From NCBI GenBank assembly GCA_002104905.1, contig MCFE01000097.1:62001-126000 (forward strand): a stretch of 64,000 nt of DNA, in the 5' to 3' direction. A model generated the notes under the pieces. That model saw only the letters and a list, made by a program, of their open reading frames with translations, made no database searches and was not told the origin of the DNA. Shown one piece after another: positions 1 to 12,420 of this stretch (positions within the stretch are counted from its first letter, which is position 1; each line of letters starts with the position of its first letter). Position numbers and translations under genes: made by a program. The DNA is from Basidiobolus meristosporus CBS 931.73 (Eukaryota > Fungi > Basidiobolomycota).

Positions 1-299
1 AGGGGGCCACGCCTAATCTCCTATTATACAGCTCACAGGAGTAAATACTGGCATCCATTCGATGGATCTGGCTGAGTATGTATTTATGCACAACGCATCC
101 AAACCCATCCAAGAAGTAAGATTAAGAATTAGTAAAACGAATTCTGCATTAAAACGTCCAATACAAATTTGAACAATATTCACATTATGTTTAAAGATCA
201 CGAGGTCTGTTGCTTGGCTTTCTATACTTGGAAATACCCACTGCGGCTTGCATACGGTGAAAGATATACATCAAAATAGTAGATGGAATGGAATTCTGA

Positions 300-1800
300 G
301 GGTTTAGGCGTGTTTTTCTTTGTCAAACATGAAATCATCATCACCTTTTGAATATGCTTGCACTGGGCTAAGAGAATATGTCAAGCACAAGTTGATATGT
401 TTCATCGTGATCTGCTCAATCGAGATATGCTCATCTGCCATCTGTAAGTTGACTGGCTACTGGAGCACTACTATACAAACATTGGAAATTCCACCAATAC
501 TACTTGAATATATGTGGCTACTGTTCCAAAATATGGCCTATGGAACAGTTATGTCTCACTTCTTTCGGGCTTTTATACCGCATGGTTGATGTCGTTGATA
601 GCAGCTTCATAGCCCAGTTTAGAATAGGCCATTGCCATATTTCGTCTCCAGAATCATTAGCCAGATTTATAAGCCAGTCATATTTACATTATCAGGTTGC
701 TTAAATTCCAACTGGAAGGTAGGGGTGATATGTAAAACATCTCAACAATGATGCCAGAAAAGGTAAGCTGGTCAGCCTGCATCCTATTTATGTGTGAGTA
801 TGTACTGCATATGCATAGCACAGATAGAAGATCCAGTCGCCACAACTATAGGATTAAGTGGGTAGACTCCACCTTATTGTTCTATGTAGTACTTATTTGT
901 TCTGTCTGTATATACTTGATGATGGTTTTACTAAGCACATCAACATCTCATCTGATCTTTTGGAAGCATAATCAATTGATGCGACAATATTGTTGTAGAT
1001 TTTGTATTTTAAACCCAAATATTGTTGCAAGATTCTAGGGAGTTTTGGAAGTGATTCGGAGGACTAGAGGAATTGCATGATACTCGTTTGTTGTTTTTTT
1101 GAGGTCAATAATGTATTTATACGTTTAGGAGAACTTTGTAAAGCTAACAATAAGAATGTCTTATAGAGGGCTCCAGGAAGCTGTGTGCAAATACTGGAGG
1201 CTTTTGGACAAGTTTGAGAATACAGATAACTTCCAGACCTTAACTAATTCCGAGAATTATCCAAAATCTTACATACTAAATCTTGACAAAACAAGCACAT
1301 GGAAGTACTCTAAGAGCATGTATGTAAGTAAATCCTGACAAGGAATTTGGTCAGAATTCTCAAAGAGTTGTAGGTAACAATCCAAGTGACTAAGTTAGGT
1401 GAATATTTAGGTAAATTGGGGCAGGAAATATCAAGGTTTATAAGCAGTGTTCTCAGTAACTAAGTTGATGGACTATTTAGGTGGAAAAAAGTTGCAAGAT
1501 TCTAACAAGTATTGGAAGTGATTTAGAATACTAGAAGAGTTACATATTGTTTGCCTATTGTTTTATTGAGTTCAAATAAAGTATATATACTTTTAGGGGA
1601 ACTTCTTAAGCCTAATCATATGGATGCTTTAAGAAAGGTCCAAGGAAATAGTGTACAAAGTTTCAGGGGCTTTTGGACCAGTTACCATTTCTTGATCAGT
1701 GGAATATGGGATCATTCAGGTTTAGTCACTCCTGAGTATGGCTCAAAATTAGGAATATCGCCATAGCTATTCTAATGAGTTCTCAAAGATACTCAAAAGC
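300..1800 (+). pseudogene. Possible decayed leucine-rich-repeat gene relic
   Basis: Diverged direct repeat at about 1024-1078 and 1491-1546, plus frameshifted LRR-like fragments (LEELHI, LNICGYCSKI). No intact ORF. Confidence 0.25.
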
Positions 1801-3493
1801 CTATCTAATAGCAGAGCAACTGAAGGAAAGCGTATAACTTGTAGGTGTTTTGTCAGATAGTGTATGAAGGATTAATAGGCTTGTTACAGGTAGATACACT
1901 AAATAGCAGTATATTGAGCCAACTTGGCCGTGCAGAATAGCTCAAGTGATCATGGTATCAGCAAGATTTGATTGATATAACAATTATCAGTTTAAGAATG
2001 CCTGGTAAAAATCAGCCAAAAAACCAACTTGGATTAAACGTAAAACGGAGGACTATTCAAGTATAATCCTATACGCAAAATGTATACCCTGACGTACTCA
2101 ATGCCTGGGCTAAGTATGAATTCTAGCTGCTATATTTCCGACAAGCTGTGAGTGATATAGGCAGCATGCGGGATAGAGTACCATCATAAGACTGTCGTGA
2201 AAAGATACTGCTATCAATCACTGCTTCATCAGAACTGTAGAGTGCTGGATACGTGTGAATCTGATATTCCCCTGCCCAGATTCTAATGTAATGTTTTCAG
2301 GGCCCTCAATGCTATAAACCAACTCTGCCACAATCCAGAACGCCCTTAGATATGATATTCTTGTCGGTTGCTGAGTAATTATTAGTAATAGAAATCAAGA
2401 TCAAAAGCTGCTGCGCAAGCAGTATTGCGCACTTTGCATCTCATCCAATACAGTACGGTGGATACATCTGTAATTCAGCAATAGCCTCCTTTAGGTAATG
2501 GAAAGTAACATATAATAGGTAACGAGCGAATTCTAAGATCGTCTACTAACCAAATATCACGCAATCTCCGTCACAGCGGTTAAATGATCATGAATTACCA
2601 TAGATGCTGAAATGGCATTTACCACAGACCGAGGAAATTTTTATTGCTAACCCACCTAAGATGGTTACTACCGGAACATAACACCCAGGAAGTCGGTATT
2701 AACACTTTACAGATAACGTGCCAAGTAGCAGTAGTTAAGCGCCTGGGCTGTTTAATAATCACTAACGAGTATATAAGGTGCTTTGTGATTGACCTACTAC
2801 CATCAAGCCAATGGTGTGTTACGAATTCATTCTCCTAACTCTCTTTGGCGACGTCGTCTTGAGGTTATGTAACAAAGTTTCACGCTATTACTTTGATGAT
2901 CGGTTCGGAGTATTGGCCAAAGTTCTTTCTATACGATGGATATCCTTCTCGGAGCAGCAGTACATTAAATTACGATTAGTCTGGCACAAAGTATATACGC
3001 AACGATAACTGGTACACATGGGAATTACGTATGCTATAGTGAGATGCCCAAATGGATCGAAGCTGTCTTTCTATATCAAGAAGACGCTCGCCTGATAAAG
3101 AATCCACTAACAGGGAAATAATTACCCGTATATCCCTACCTCCTGGGAGGCAGATAATTTCTGCCAAGAACAAATCGCATGTGTCAAGCACCATTGAGCT
3201 CTCGACCAGTCAAAGCAGAAATAGTCGTTACCACCTTCCAAGTACACTTTTGACGATAATATCGAGCTACATGGAACCTTGTCGCTTCCCAAAGCAGTAT
3301 TTATTACACCTGAACGATGACAAGATATGAATCAAGATACTGCCGCAAAGTTGCAAATGGTAAGCGAAATGCCGGAATTGAATATTTCGGCTTTCTCGCT
3401 TCATCAATGGAACAGGGAATACCCATTGAAGCGAGATAAGAACCTATATAAGAGCCCGTCATTATCTCCTCCAATATCAACCCAGTCCAGAAA

Positions 3494-4603
3494 ATGCTAT
3501 CAAAGGGTCTCTGCCTTCTTTTTGTTGGTCTCGCTGCCTCCTCTCCGTTAGGAGAGTGGGAGCATCTCCTGAGTCCTGCCCCCTATGATCCGTATTACCC
3601 GGTGGAGAGTTCCGTATTGTCGATGTTAAAAAATTCTGCCAGATACGCCTCAGCTGCATACTGCCATGAAGACAAGGTCGTGGATTGGAGTTGTGGAAGT
3701 CGTTGTTTTGGAAATCTCAACGTTACGTCCTACTTCCAAAATAGCACCACCGAAATGGCGGGCTATATTGGATATAACAGAGAAGAAAAACTTATTGTTG
3801 TTGGTTTCCGAGGGTGAGCTCAAGAAATTGCCCTGAATTATATGTTTGATTACTCAAAGTTTTCGTAAATCTTGTAGAACGGCCAATCGTGAAAACATCC
3901 TCTTGGACTTCGATTTTTTCCATACTGCATTTGTCTACCCCAAGGCTGAAGGTGGTATAATGGTTCATCGTGGATTCTATGAGACATACAATAGTGTTGA
4001 AGAGCAGGTCAAAGTTGGGCTAGCGAAAACACTTTCCGTCATCGGCACCAACGCTTCTGATTATGAGCTACTTGTTACTGGTCACTCGCTGGTAAGGAGA
4101 ATTGCGCACCATCAATATGAGCTTGGTATTCGAGCCTTACCTCTGATTGCATATAGGGAGCTGCTGTGTCCACCCTCGGTGCTATGGACATCAAGAGGAT
4201 CTATCTCAACCCCGAACACAAGGATGGCTTCGACTCATCTCTACAGAACGTCGTTGATGTCAATAGAATTCGGTTGCATAATTTCGGATCACCAAGAGTC
4301 GGAGATGCGGCCTTTGCAGCCTTGGCCCACTCAACCCTTACCATGGGCGATAACGACTTCACGAAAATCTGCCGTGTCACTAATCAAAACGATATTGTAC
4401 CTAGAGTTCCTCCTACATTCTTCGGCTTCCTCCATACAGCCCATGAAGTCTGGATCAACTATGACGAGATCACCATTAATTGCCATGATTTTATTAACGG
4501 TACGGTAGTAGAGGATCCCAACTGCAACGCTGGACAGTTCCCTATGAGCTATGGTGCCCATGTTAGATACTGGGACATCGAATTTGGGCGCGGTTGCCAG
4601 TAA
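3494..4603 (+). CDS. Secreted triacylglycerol lipase, class 3 (Rhizomucor/Rhizopus-type), 3 exons
   Basis: Signal peptide MLSKGLCLLFVGLAASSP. Motifs ARYASAAYC, IVVGFRG|T (intron about 3814-3878) and VHRGF. Spliced nucleophile elbow GHSL|GAA (intron about 4093-4156), then FGSPRVGD, RVTNQNDIVPRVP and C-terminal AHVRY, completing a Ser-Asp-His triad. TATA-like ctatataag at about 3445. Confidence 0.93.
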
Positions 4604-6840
4604 AAGAGATCAAAGCGCCTGAACATACTGTCATGTCGTTGTATAGCTAAGCAATCACGTACCCAGTGTAGTGTTACTTCATTCCAATAGAATATACGCT
4701 CGTGTAAAGAAACAAGTTGCCACTATCTGCCACAATTGTGTTGAATTAAATTGTAGAACCAGACTACACTTCATTGTCAGCGTCAGAGAGACTACCTACG
4801 CACAAATAGGCAATCTACTCTATGCACCATAATTGACGGGGTGGTGTATTTAGCGCTTTCACATGAAAGTTGATAAATGCCACCTCTCGACGTCCCTCAT
4901 GGAGTATGAAACTCAGAGAACGACTCCTTTTGTGTGAAATCTCTTGATGTCTTAGGCCATAGATACCGCCCCTTCGGTGGATCGGAAATCCCGCAAGAGA
5001 CTACTTGGCCTTGACGAAAATACGTTGTCCATTATCTGTAGCCAATCAAAGAAACGAAGATACCCTGTTAGCAATTGAAGAGGAGTGAAAGCACCATTGT
5101 CTCTTGCTAATTTCGGACTATCTCGTCAAGTATATCAATCCATTTTGGGATGAACAAAATTGGTCTTTTCCAAAAAATTTCTTAGGATAACGGACCTAGA
5201 CATTGTTGGCTTTGTGGATAACGTGAAGGTTGATAGTAGAAAGCTAGTCCACATGAATCTGTGATAAGAATATGCGTAGTGCTTCTATCCCCTCTACAAC
5301 CCGTGAATGGCGATGGCCAATAGGAAAGCATATACTCGATACAAAAGCACTTTATAGCGAGAGCAAATAGGCTACTATGAATCTCGCCATTGATGAATGC
5401 TAGCCAAAGCTGATACGTGAAATACTTCAGCCATCCCACCGAGCATTGCATTGTCAAAGAATATAGACATCAAGAAATGCGGGTGGCCTGCCTGTGATGT
5501 GGAAGTAGGCATATTGAAGAAAGCGACTAAAGACCTGTACACTGCCACAATAACCAATTTTGGCGCAAAAATCCTGGGCCCATATTGTACAGTTTTCTTG
5601 TACATCAAGTACCCCAAGGATCATAGAAATCGATGCCCCGAGCCTCCCTTTACCTTAGAAAATCCATCATACATCAAAAGGTAAAACTCGAGTTGGATGG
5701 AGCACAGCTGAACGTTGCAGTGTTGACATCAAACGCCTTTCTATATCGTATCTCCTATAATGGTACACAGAGTGCAATACCTTTGTAAAGCGTAAACCAC
5801 ACTACTATAAAGATAAGCTGCATTGGAACAATTGCTCCTGTAGTGTGCACATAGAGAGCTAAGACTAATTGGGCCGTCTTGTGTTGCTCTACAGGACTCA
5901 ACTCGCTCCAATCCGTCAAACATAGATGGTAATATTGTCATCAATCGATCTACCTATTCAGGATACCCCTATCAATAAATATTAATGCAAATTCCATATA
6001 TTACTGCAGGGGATGCTAAATTCGGCCAGGATGCTCTGTGCGTTGGCATCGTTATGTACCATCCAGTTTGCTTACCGTAGCAAATAGATTACAGCGTTGC
6101 GCTCAATTAGCGACGTGTAAGTCGTGGGTTACGCGTTAAAAGAGGCAATGGTTTTCCAGTGCAACTATAACTATGTATATGGCGTCGTAGTTCTAGAAAA
6201 CTAGGCGATGCCAGTCGCCTGCGGCTATCCTCTAGGCGTGTGAAGAAATGCTTGGTGTGTGCCAGAGGCATTGAAACATATTATCTTACAGCGGATGCAA
6301 CGATTGCGTGGACCCCTTCCCAACAGTGGCATAGAGCACCATTGATAAGCCTTTGAGAGTAGCTAATGATATGGTATCTGCAAGGAAGTGATCCCTAGAA
6401 TGTAATCTAATGTATCAGACCATGTTGATTTTGCCTACTTACACAACGTACTGTTCGGTTTCGATTCGATGATGGATAAACCCTGAATACTCATACATAT
6501 TCTTATTTTTCAGCTAATACGTTCGCGCTGATCAACCTGAAACTACCGTAAGGCTCACTGAAGTAGGAGCAAGTCCCGTATACATTGGCTCTCACATTCT
6601 CCAGGCGATGGGAACTCGAAAATCACCACCAGTGGCCTAATCTATCAAATCCAACCCCAACTTATCCATATGGTTCAGAGCACCCTTACACAAACCAACG
6701 ATGTGGAAAACCCCCTGACCACCCGACGCTTATAAAACTCAGAAGACCCTGACCAACCGCATCACAAACTGACATTCTGAATTCGTAGACATCATCCAAT
6801 CCACCTTGTGGCGGTTCATAGCAAACACCTCGACTTCGAA

Positions 6841-7407
6841 ATGAATTCAGATCGTAATCTTGAAGTACCGGCGATGATTAAGCCAATCTCGGAACCTAGG
6901 ATGAAAAAATCGAAGGCTGGTCTGTGGCATTTGTTTACTAGATTTGGGAAAGTAAGATCTGAGGGAAGCGACAAAGTTGTGCAGAGAGTGAATCTACGCA
7001 CCAGTCGTTCTTTGGAGAGCATGCTTAAGGAGTATCGAAACTTCGCTTCGGAAGACCTATTTGGTCGCCGCCAGCCTTGGCACTATAAGGATCGCCCAAT
7101 ATCTGGTAATAGCGAGGATTCAAGCCAGAATAAGAGCGAAGACGAGCTGGAATCGATGGTTGATGATGATAGTGAGACAGCAAGTATGTGGAGAATTGAC
7201 TCTCCCTACTCGCGGCCAGGAACTCCGGATCCTCACGAGTTTCAAGACCCCTTGGTCAGGCGTCGGATGAGACAATACGCGACAGATCAAAGGAAATTCG
7301 ATGAGATGCTGAAACTGGGTTTTGCAGGTGATCAAGAGGACGAGCGCGAACTGACCATTCGTATCACGCTCACTCCACGAAGCGCACTCAGGACACAGTC
7401 CAATTAA
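6841..7407 (+). CDS. Hypothetical intronless protein, largely disordered, with C-terminal ELTIRITLTP motif
   Basis: Long ORF (track 6808-7407, first ATG 6841). TATA-like ttataaaa near 6730. Acidic and Ser-Pro-rich composition, with a T-rich 3' region after the stop. Confidence 0.7.
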   Translation: MNSDRNLEVPAMIKPISEPRMKKSKAGLWHLFTRFGKVRSEGSDKVVQRVNLRTSRSLESMLKEYRNFASEDLFGRRQPWHYKDRPISGNSEDSSQNKSEDELESMVDDDSETASMWRIDSPYSRPGTPDPHEFQDPLVRRRMRQYATDQRKFDEMLKLGFAGDQEDERELTIRITLTPRSALRTQSN

Positions 7408-8310
7408 CGAGCCAAGACTTGGCTTGCAAGGGTGAATTCCTGCTTAATTTCTTTTCTTTTGGATCTTGACTAGCTCCTGTCCTCTAATTTTAATGATCAC
7501 TTTATTTTGACCAAGCCCTTAACTTACTATCAATCGCTTAGCCTCCTACTGAGTACGAGGTTTAGCTACTGCCCCCCTCCTTGCTCATAAACCAAGTATT
7601 TATAGAGTTCTCAAAACATAGACATAGACTAGTATACCTCTAATTTACCATACCCTCAACTCTACCACTCCACGACACCAACTTCCTACTGAAGTTTAAT
7701 CCAATTAAAGGCGATGAAGTAATCCTTATGCAACTCGTATCCTACTTGCATGGATTAAGGATACTGCACCTCAATAGAAAAGACTTTCTAATGCTCACGA
7801 AAAGTTAATAGGTCGATGGCATACACGCGCCCTATTTTTTGCATGATGTGGACTAGCAAGCATCGTCGGTTCTTCTTAATAGGCCCCTACCTGAACCTGA
7901 CCATCAACATCTGTTCATAGCATCGTGGATCTCCGATGAAAAGGAATCTATTAGGATAGTAGTGGTATCCGGACCTCATACAAATATTGATATGATTCTT
8001 CCTCCACAGGAAGGCGATTTAATGATAGTGGTTGAGAAGTGTGGACGAGGTTTTGGTCAAACCCATTGTCATTCAAGGATCCTAACAAGGACGTATGTTT
8101 TCTAGGCATGAGAAAAATATACAGAATCGATGCAAACTTGCAATGTGTTTAGGCTGTGTAATATAAATAGGGAATTCAAACGTCGGCACAATCTGTGGAG
8201 GGTTTGAATTTTAAAAGGGGTGAGTCATGACTTCTGGTTGACTGCTGCTTGGACGATATTGTACTCTATACCCAAGGTTGTGTAATGCAGATGAGTTTTA
8301 CACCGGAGTT

Positions 8311-8913
8311 CTAATTGTGCGCAGACCTGGGCACTGATGGCTTACGATTGCTTCTTGACTGACGGTATGGACTGTGCCTTACGCTATCTTGGATGATGCT
8401 GAGGTTGCGAAGTGGTGGCAATTTTAACAACCCCTTCAGCTTGTGCAGCGGATGGGTGGTTTTTAGCAGTAACTCTGCTAACCCTGCCCGCCTATCTTCA
8501 GGCCAGTTTGCAGTGATTTGGCTAAACAGAACCCGACACTTCCCCTCTGGCCATCCCTCTGCGATCCATTTGATAGCTTTAGCCAGCTTCTCTACCGACA
8601 TCTCGCAAGCTAATCGCCTCAGCTTTATACCAATGCAATGTGCGTTGTTCGAATCTTTGATCCATGTCTGGAAACTGGTTCTGTAGATCGTATCCATCCT
8701 TCGGATGCTCTCGCCAATGTCATACGATGCTTGAGGCTCATTAAGCGTATGCAAGTTTGGTTTGACCAAAGCAATTTTGTGACTTAGAAGGTTCTCAGCA
8801 TTTAGGCACATAATATTCCTATCAGGCGTTTGATCAAACACCGTGCCAGACTTTAAAGAAAGAGAAGGTGGCTTACAAGAAGGTTTGGAGGCACGGGCTC
8901 GAGACAAGGGCAT
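8311..8913 (-). CDS. Hypothetical protein with a 16-aa helical repeat core
   Basis: 200-aa ORF from an ATG. Central segment has 16-residue periodicity (see findings). Confidence 0.65.
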   Translation of the reverse strand: MPLSRARASKPSCKPPSLSLKSGTVFDQTPDRNIMCLNAENLLSHKIALVKPNLHTLNEPQASYDIGESIRRMDTIYRTSFQTWIKDSNNAHCIGIKLRRLACEMSVEKLAKAIKWIAEGWPEGKCRVLFSQITANWPEDRRAGLAELLLKTTHPLHKLKGLLKLPPLRNLSIIQDSVRHSPYRQSRSNRKPSVPRSAHN

Positions 8914-10360
8914 TTTAGGACATTCAGGCCGTTAAATAGGTGTTGCGAAACACATCCACCTGTGCATTCAGGAGTGTAAAAAGTTGATGTGGTTGTCGAT
9001 CAAGCAGTGCAAAAAAGGTAACTTTTGGATGGTGATGAGCTTGATGAGACCTGTCCAATCACCAAGATGCCTATATGCCAGGTATGGAAATGAGCATGCT
9101 CCTCAGCATGTAGCGTCTTCGCTTTACATCGGACTTCACGTAACTGTCTTGATAAGAATGATTCACGTAAGTCCCCCTTTACCTCCTATTTTCAACCCAC
9201 TTCCAATCCTATCATGCATCAGTTACTGATTTCCAACAAGATTAGCCATCACGAAGCGGATTTGATTCTCATAAGCGGTGCATCAGACGACCAGTGCTTC
9301 ATCATCCGCCCTGATCAGAGCATTGTTCATCAAGAGAAGACGAAGGATCTCAGACAGCCCTGTATAATCAGTCGTGAATGGATGGCCAAATACATGCGGA
9401 ATCCGTGCTGGAACTTCAAGCGAAATATAAAACTAATTAGGGCTGGCACATGTAAAGTAGAACATTATTTCTACAAACAACCGCACCCACCAATGATGAA
9501 TCAACATTTGAAAGGACAGAGGCTGGGCCCAAGAAAATCGACCACGCTCACTGATCACTGACCAAATCCCTTGCTTCGGCCGATGCCATCTGTGGTTAGG
9601 GGATGGCACCTAGTTTACAGTAGATAGAATAGCACCTTATGATTTAAGCATTCTGGAACCCGAACATGCTTTGATGGGAGAGCGGCACGCCGACCACCAT
9701 CAATGGGGATGATATTACGGTGGCCACCATATATTGCAATGATTGTTGGTGTGAGTCCGGTGGGTATTTGCCACAATGGCCACCCCCCCATACCAACATA
9801 ATGGCCGGGCATCATATGCCGAGTTCACATTAACGAGTGAACGTCTAGATGTGATAGGTACTAGACTCAAACAATACCAGCAGTTACGTTGCAGAACAGA
9901 TAAGGCCGTAGAAATCTACAGGTGGTACCATGCAAGCACTTTCCAATACCGCCCGGTTTGGTTGAAACGCGGAGTGCTGACTTGGTTGGATCTGTGTCGA
10001 TTTATCTATACACTATATACATTCATTCAAGTTAACCTTGAGGAAAACCAGCTACTTGCAATAATCATCGGCTTTCTTCAAAGCAAACTCGGTAGTTCAA
10101 CGAGACATTTAGGGAATTCCACCAAAATACCTGTAGCATCCTGTGAAAACTCTAGGATTTCATAGATTCGCCTTTATTTTAGAGACGTTTTCTGAAATCA
10201 CCCCAGCGTTGTCTAGTACATCATAAAATTACCTAACTCATGACCATCATGCCTTGTTCCTGCACAAAGGTGCTAAACCTTACCAAAGCTGTCTTTCTTT
10301 CAAAATGGTGAATGTTGAGGCATCAGGTTTAACGAGGATCCGTATTTTTCAGGATCGATT

Positions 10361-11198
10361 CTACAACGACAACAACCAACCCACGCAAAGTAACGTCAAG
10401 TAGCCCAAACGGAATACTGCCTTGACGTCGAAAGCGTTGCCAGAGTTGGGCTGGACAGTGGGAGATGACGGGGTGAGTGCTGTGGTTGAACTAGTAGCGA
10501 TTGAAGAGGAGGTGGATGTTGCCGCTGTCGGGGAAGGACTAGGGTTCTGTCAAGGATGATGAGTAAAGTTCAAAAAACATGGCAAACTGTTCCTTACTGT
10601 AGCTTGACATTGACATCTCTTAAGTATGGAGGACTTGTAAATTGAACAACTCAGCTTGTTGTTCAATGCTTCGAAATACAAATCTGCAACGCCAGCACAA
10701 AATGAGTCACTATTCTCCTCTTTTGCTACGCATACATTCTTCATGCAACTGTGGAAGGTGTTGTCACATAAGGTTTTCGTTGAATTACAGGAACCTACAT
10801 GATACTAATAAATATCCATTGCTCAACCAGGTGATCGATTCCCACGTACCATAACAAATATCATGCTATCACCGGTCATCAAAAGAATAATGGCTTTAGA
10901 ATCGATGGGATGTGACACGCTGGAATGCAATATATCAGCCTACCTGGTCGCAGCACGTCTTGAAATCGAAGTTGGGAACTATCCCACTAATTAGCGCTGG
11001 ACCGCACCCTGCAGATAGACATATTAGAGGCTTTGAACACAGTCAGAACATAAATGTGTCCATCAAACCGTTAGGAGAGGAAGCTGGGGAGTTGGGGACA
11101 GATATAAGGTATGGAGTATCAACGGGACACACCTCACAATCTGCCTTGACCGTGGAGATGAACAACAAGCTTAATAGAAGAATGAGTAGTCGAGTCAT
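10361..11198 (-). CDS. Secreted phospholipase A2, group XII-like (PLA2G12 family), with Ser/Thr stalk and predicted GPI-anchor signal; 5 exons, 197 aa
   Basis: Exons 11198-11069, 11008-10944, 10865-10850, 10794-10598 and 10546-10361. All introns are GT-AG, the phases close, and the total is 594 nt. Translation: MTRLLILLLSLLFISTVKA-DCEVC...PNGCGPALISGIVPNFDFKTCCDQHDICYGSCNSTKTLCDNTFHSCMKNVC...SCSIYKSSILKRCQCQAT-NPSPSPTAATSTSSS...NSGNAFDVKAVFRLGYLTLLCVGWLLSL*. The NGCG, CCxxHDxCY and CD pattern matches group XII sPLA2. TATA-like cttatataag about 30 nt upstream of the ATG. Confidence 0.9.
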
Positions 11199-11463
11199 CG
11201 TTGGTCCGTCACTCTCCCAAGCAAACTTATATAAGAAATCATTAAAGCTGACCCCGCTCCGGCTCCGTTCATCCAAACCAAAATATCTTTGGGGTTTCCC
11301 TGCCAAGATGATCTCATTACTAAGCTGGATTTGGAAATGCTGACCTAGCATACGATCAACTACCTCAATCGCAAGCGCTTCAGATCCTCTGGTCTTCAGC
11401 CATCAGAACCTTATTCGAACAACAACGAGACAGTCACAAATAGGAAGAGTCCATTCGAGAAAT

Positions 11464-12280
11464 TTAAATTTTAATTGATTGAAACCACGAATCGACCTGT
11501 TTGTACCGGAAGAATGCAAAGAAATCTTTCATCTGCACGGATGAATTTTGCCGATGGAATATTGCCAAGCACCTGATACGAGAGTTTGCAGTCGAGAAGG
11601 TATCATATGAATTTGGAGTGGTGACATCAATTTGCCTAAACCTGAATATACTGCGAGAAAGGAGCAACTTGGTTCTCATGAACATGTTTGAGCCAAGTAT
11701 GGCCAGGAAGCCAAAGATACCACGAGCCAAGATGCAATAGTCCAGGGTAGCCTGTCCGGACCCGACACCTGTAGATATTCAAACAACGATTCCATATCAT
11801 GCTTTAGATTTGTGCCTGAATTGCTGAGTGCAGATCATACCTCTTCAATGACTCCTTCCAACTGTCTGGAAAGAAAACGTTGGAACCTGGCCCATAGAAT
11901 AAATCTGAGACATGCGCCAACTTGGTCTTCTGAGCTGAATCGGATTGTTTGGTGATTTCGTATGGTCTTATGATCAAACGAATCTTGAAGTGACGAGGAT
12001 AATCCATTTGAAAGTCCGAAGATTAACCACCTCCCGAATTCATGCCTAATGAAAAACCATCCACATTCCTCGAATTGGAGTATTTCCATTTGATCAGAGA
12101 ATTGGGAGCAACTACTGCAAGGCCATAGAATACAGGCAGGGCTCTCATTAGCGAATGGAAATGTTATGACTCGCACTAAACAAGATGATCACCGCACACT
12201 ATTCATGGTGTTATCTACCATCTACACCTCCAAAGCAGTCCATGGAGTACTGGGTTCTTTTAATTCGATAAATCGCATAA
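11464..12280 (-). CDS. Probable small spliced gene of unresolved structure, membrane-protein-like, head-to-head with the Ctr gene
   Basis: Several plausible GT..AG introns (for example about 11772-11820 and a 69-nt in-frame one at about 11577-11645). Hydrophobic stretches such as LDYCILARGIFGFLAILGSNMFM. I could not assemble one unambiguous reading frame, so the boundaries are approximate. Confidence 0.35.
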
Positions 12281-12420
12281 ATGGCGCACTCGCTTTTGGA
12301 AATTTAGTGCTAGCAAGTAACATAATAGTTTCGCCAGGGGGAGGTTGATTTTGTATATAATCACCACAAAGGAAAATTCTATGGCCACTGAACTTCTTCA
12401 CTATCAAGAATATACTGAGT

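Noticed and set aside
8950-10200. ORFs of 115 and 129 aa (9214-9561, 9776-10165)
   Set aside because: No motifs or convincing splice or promoter context, and lengths are compatible with chance.
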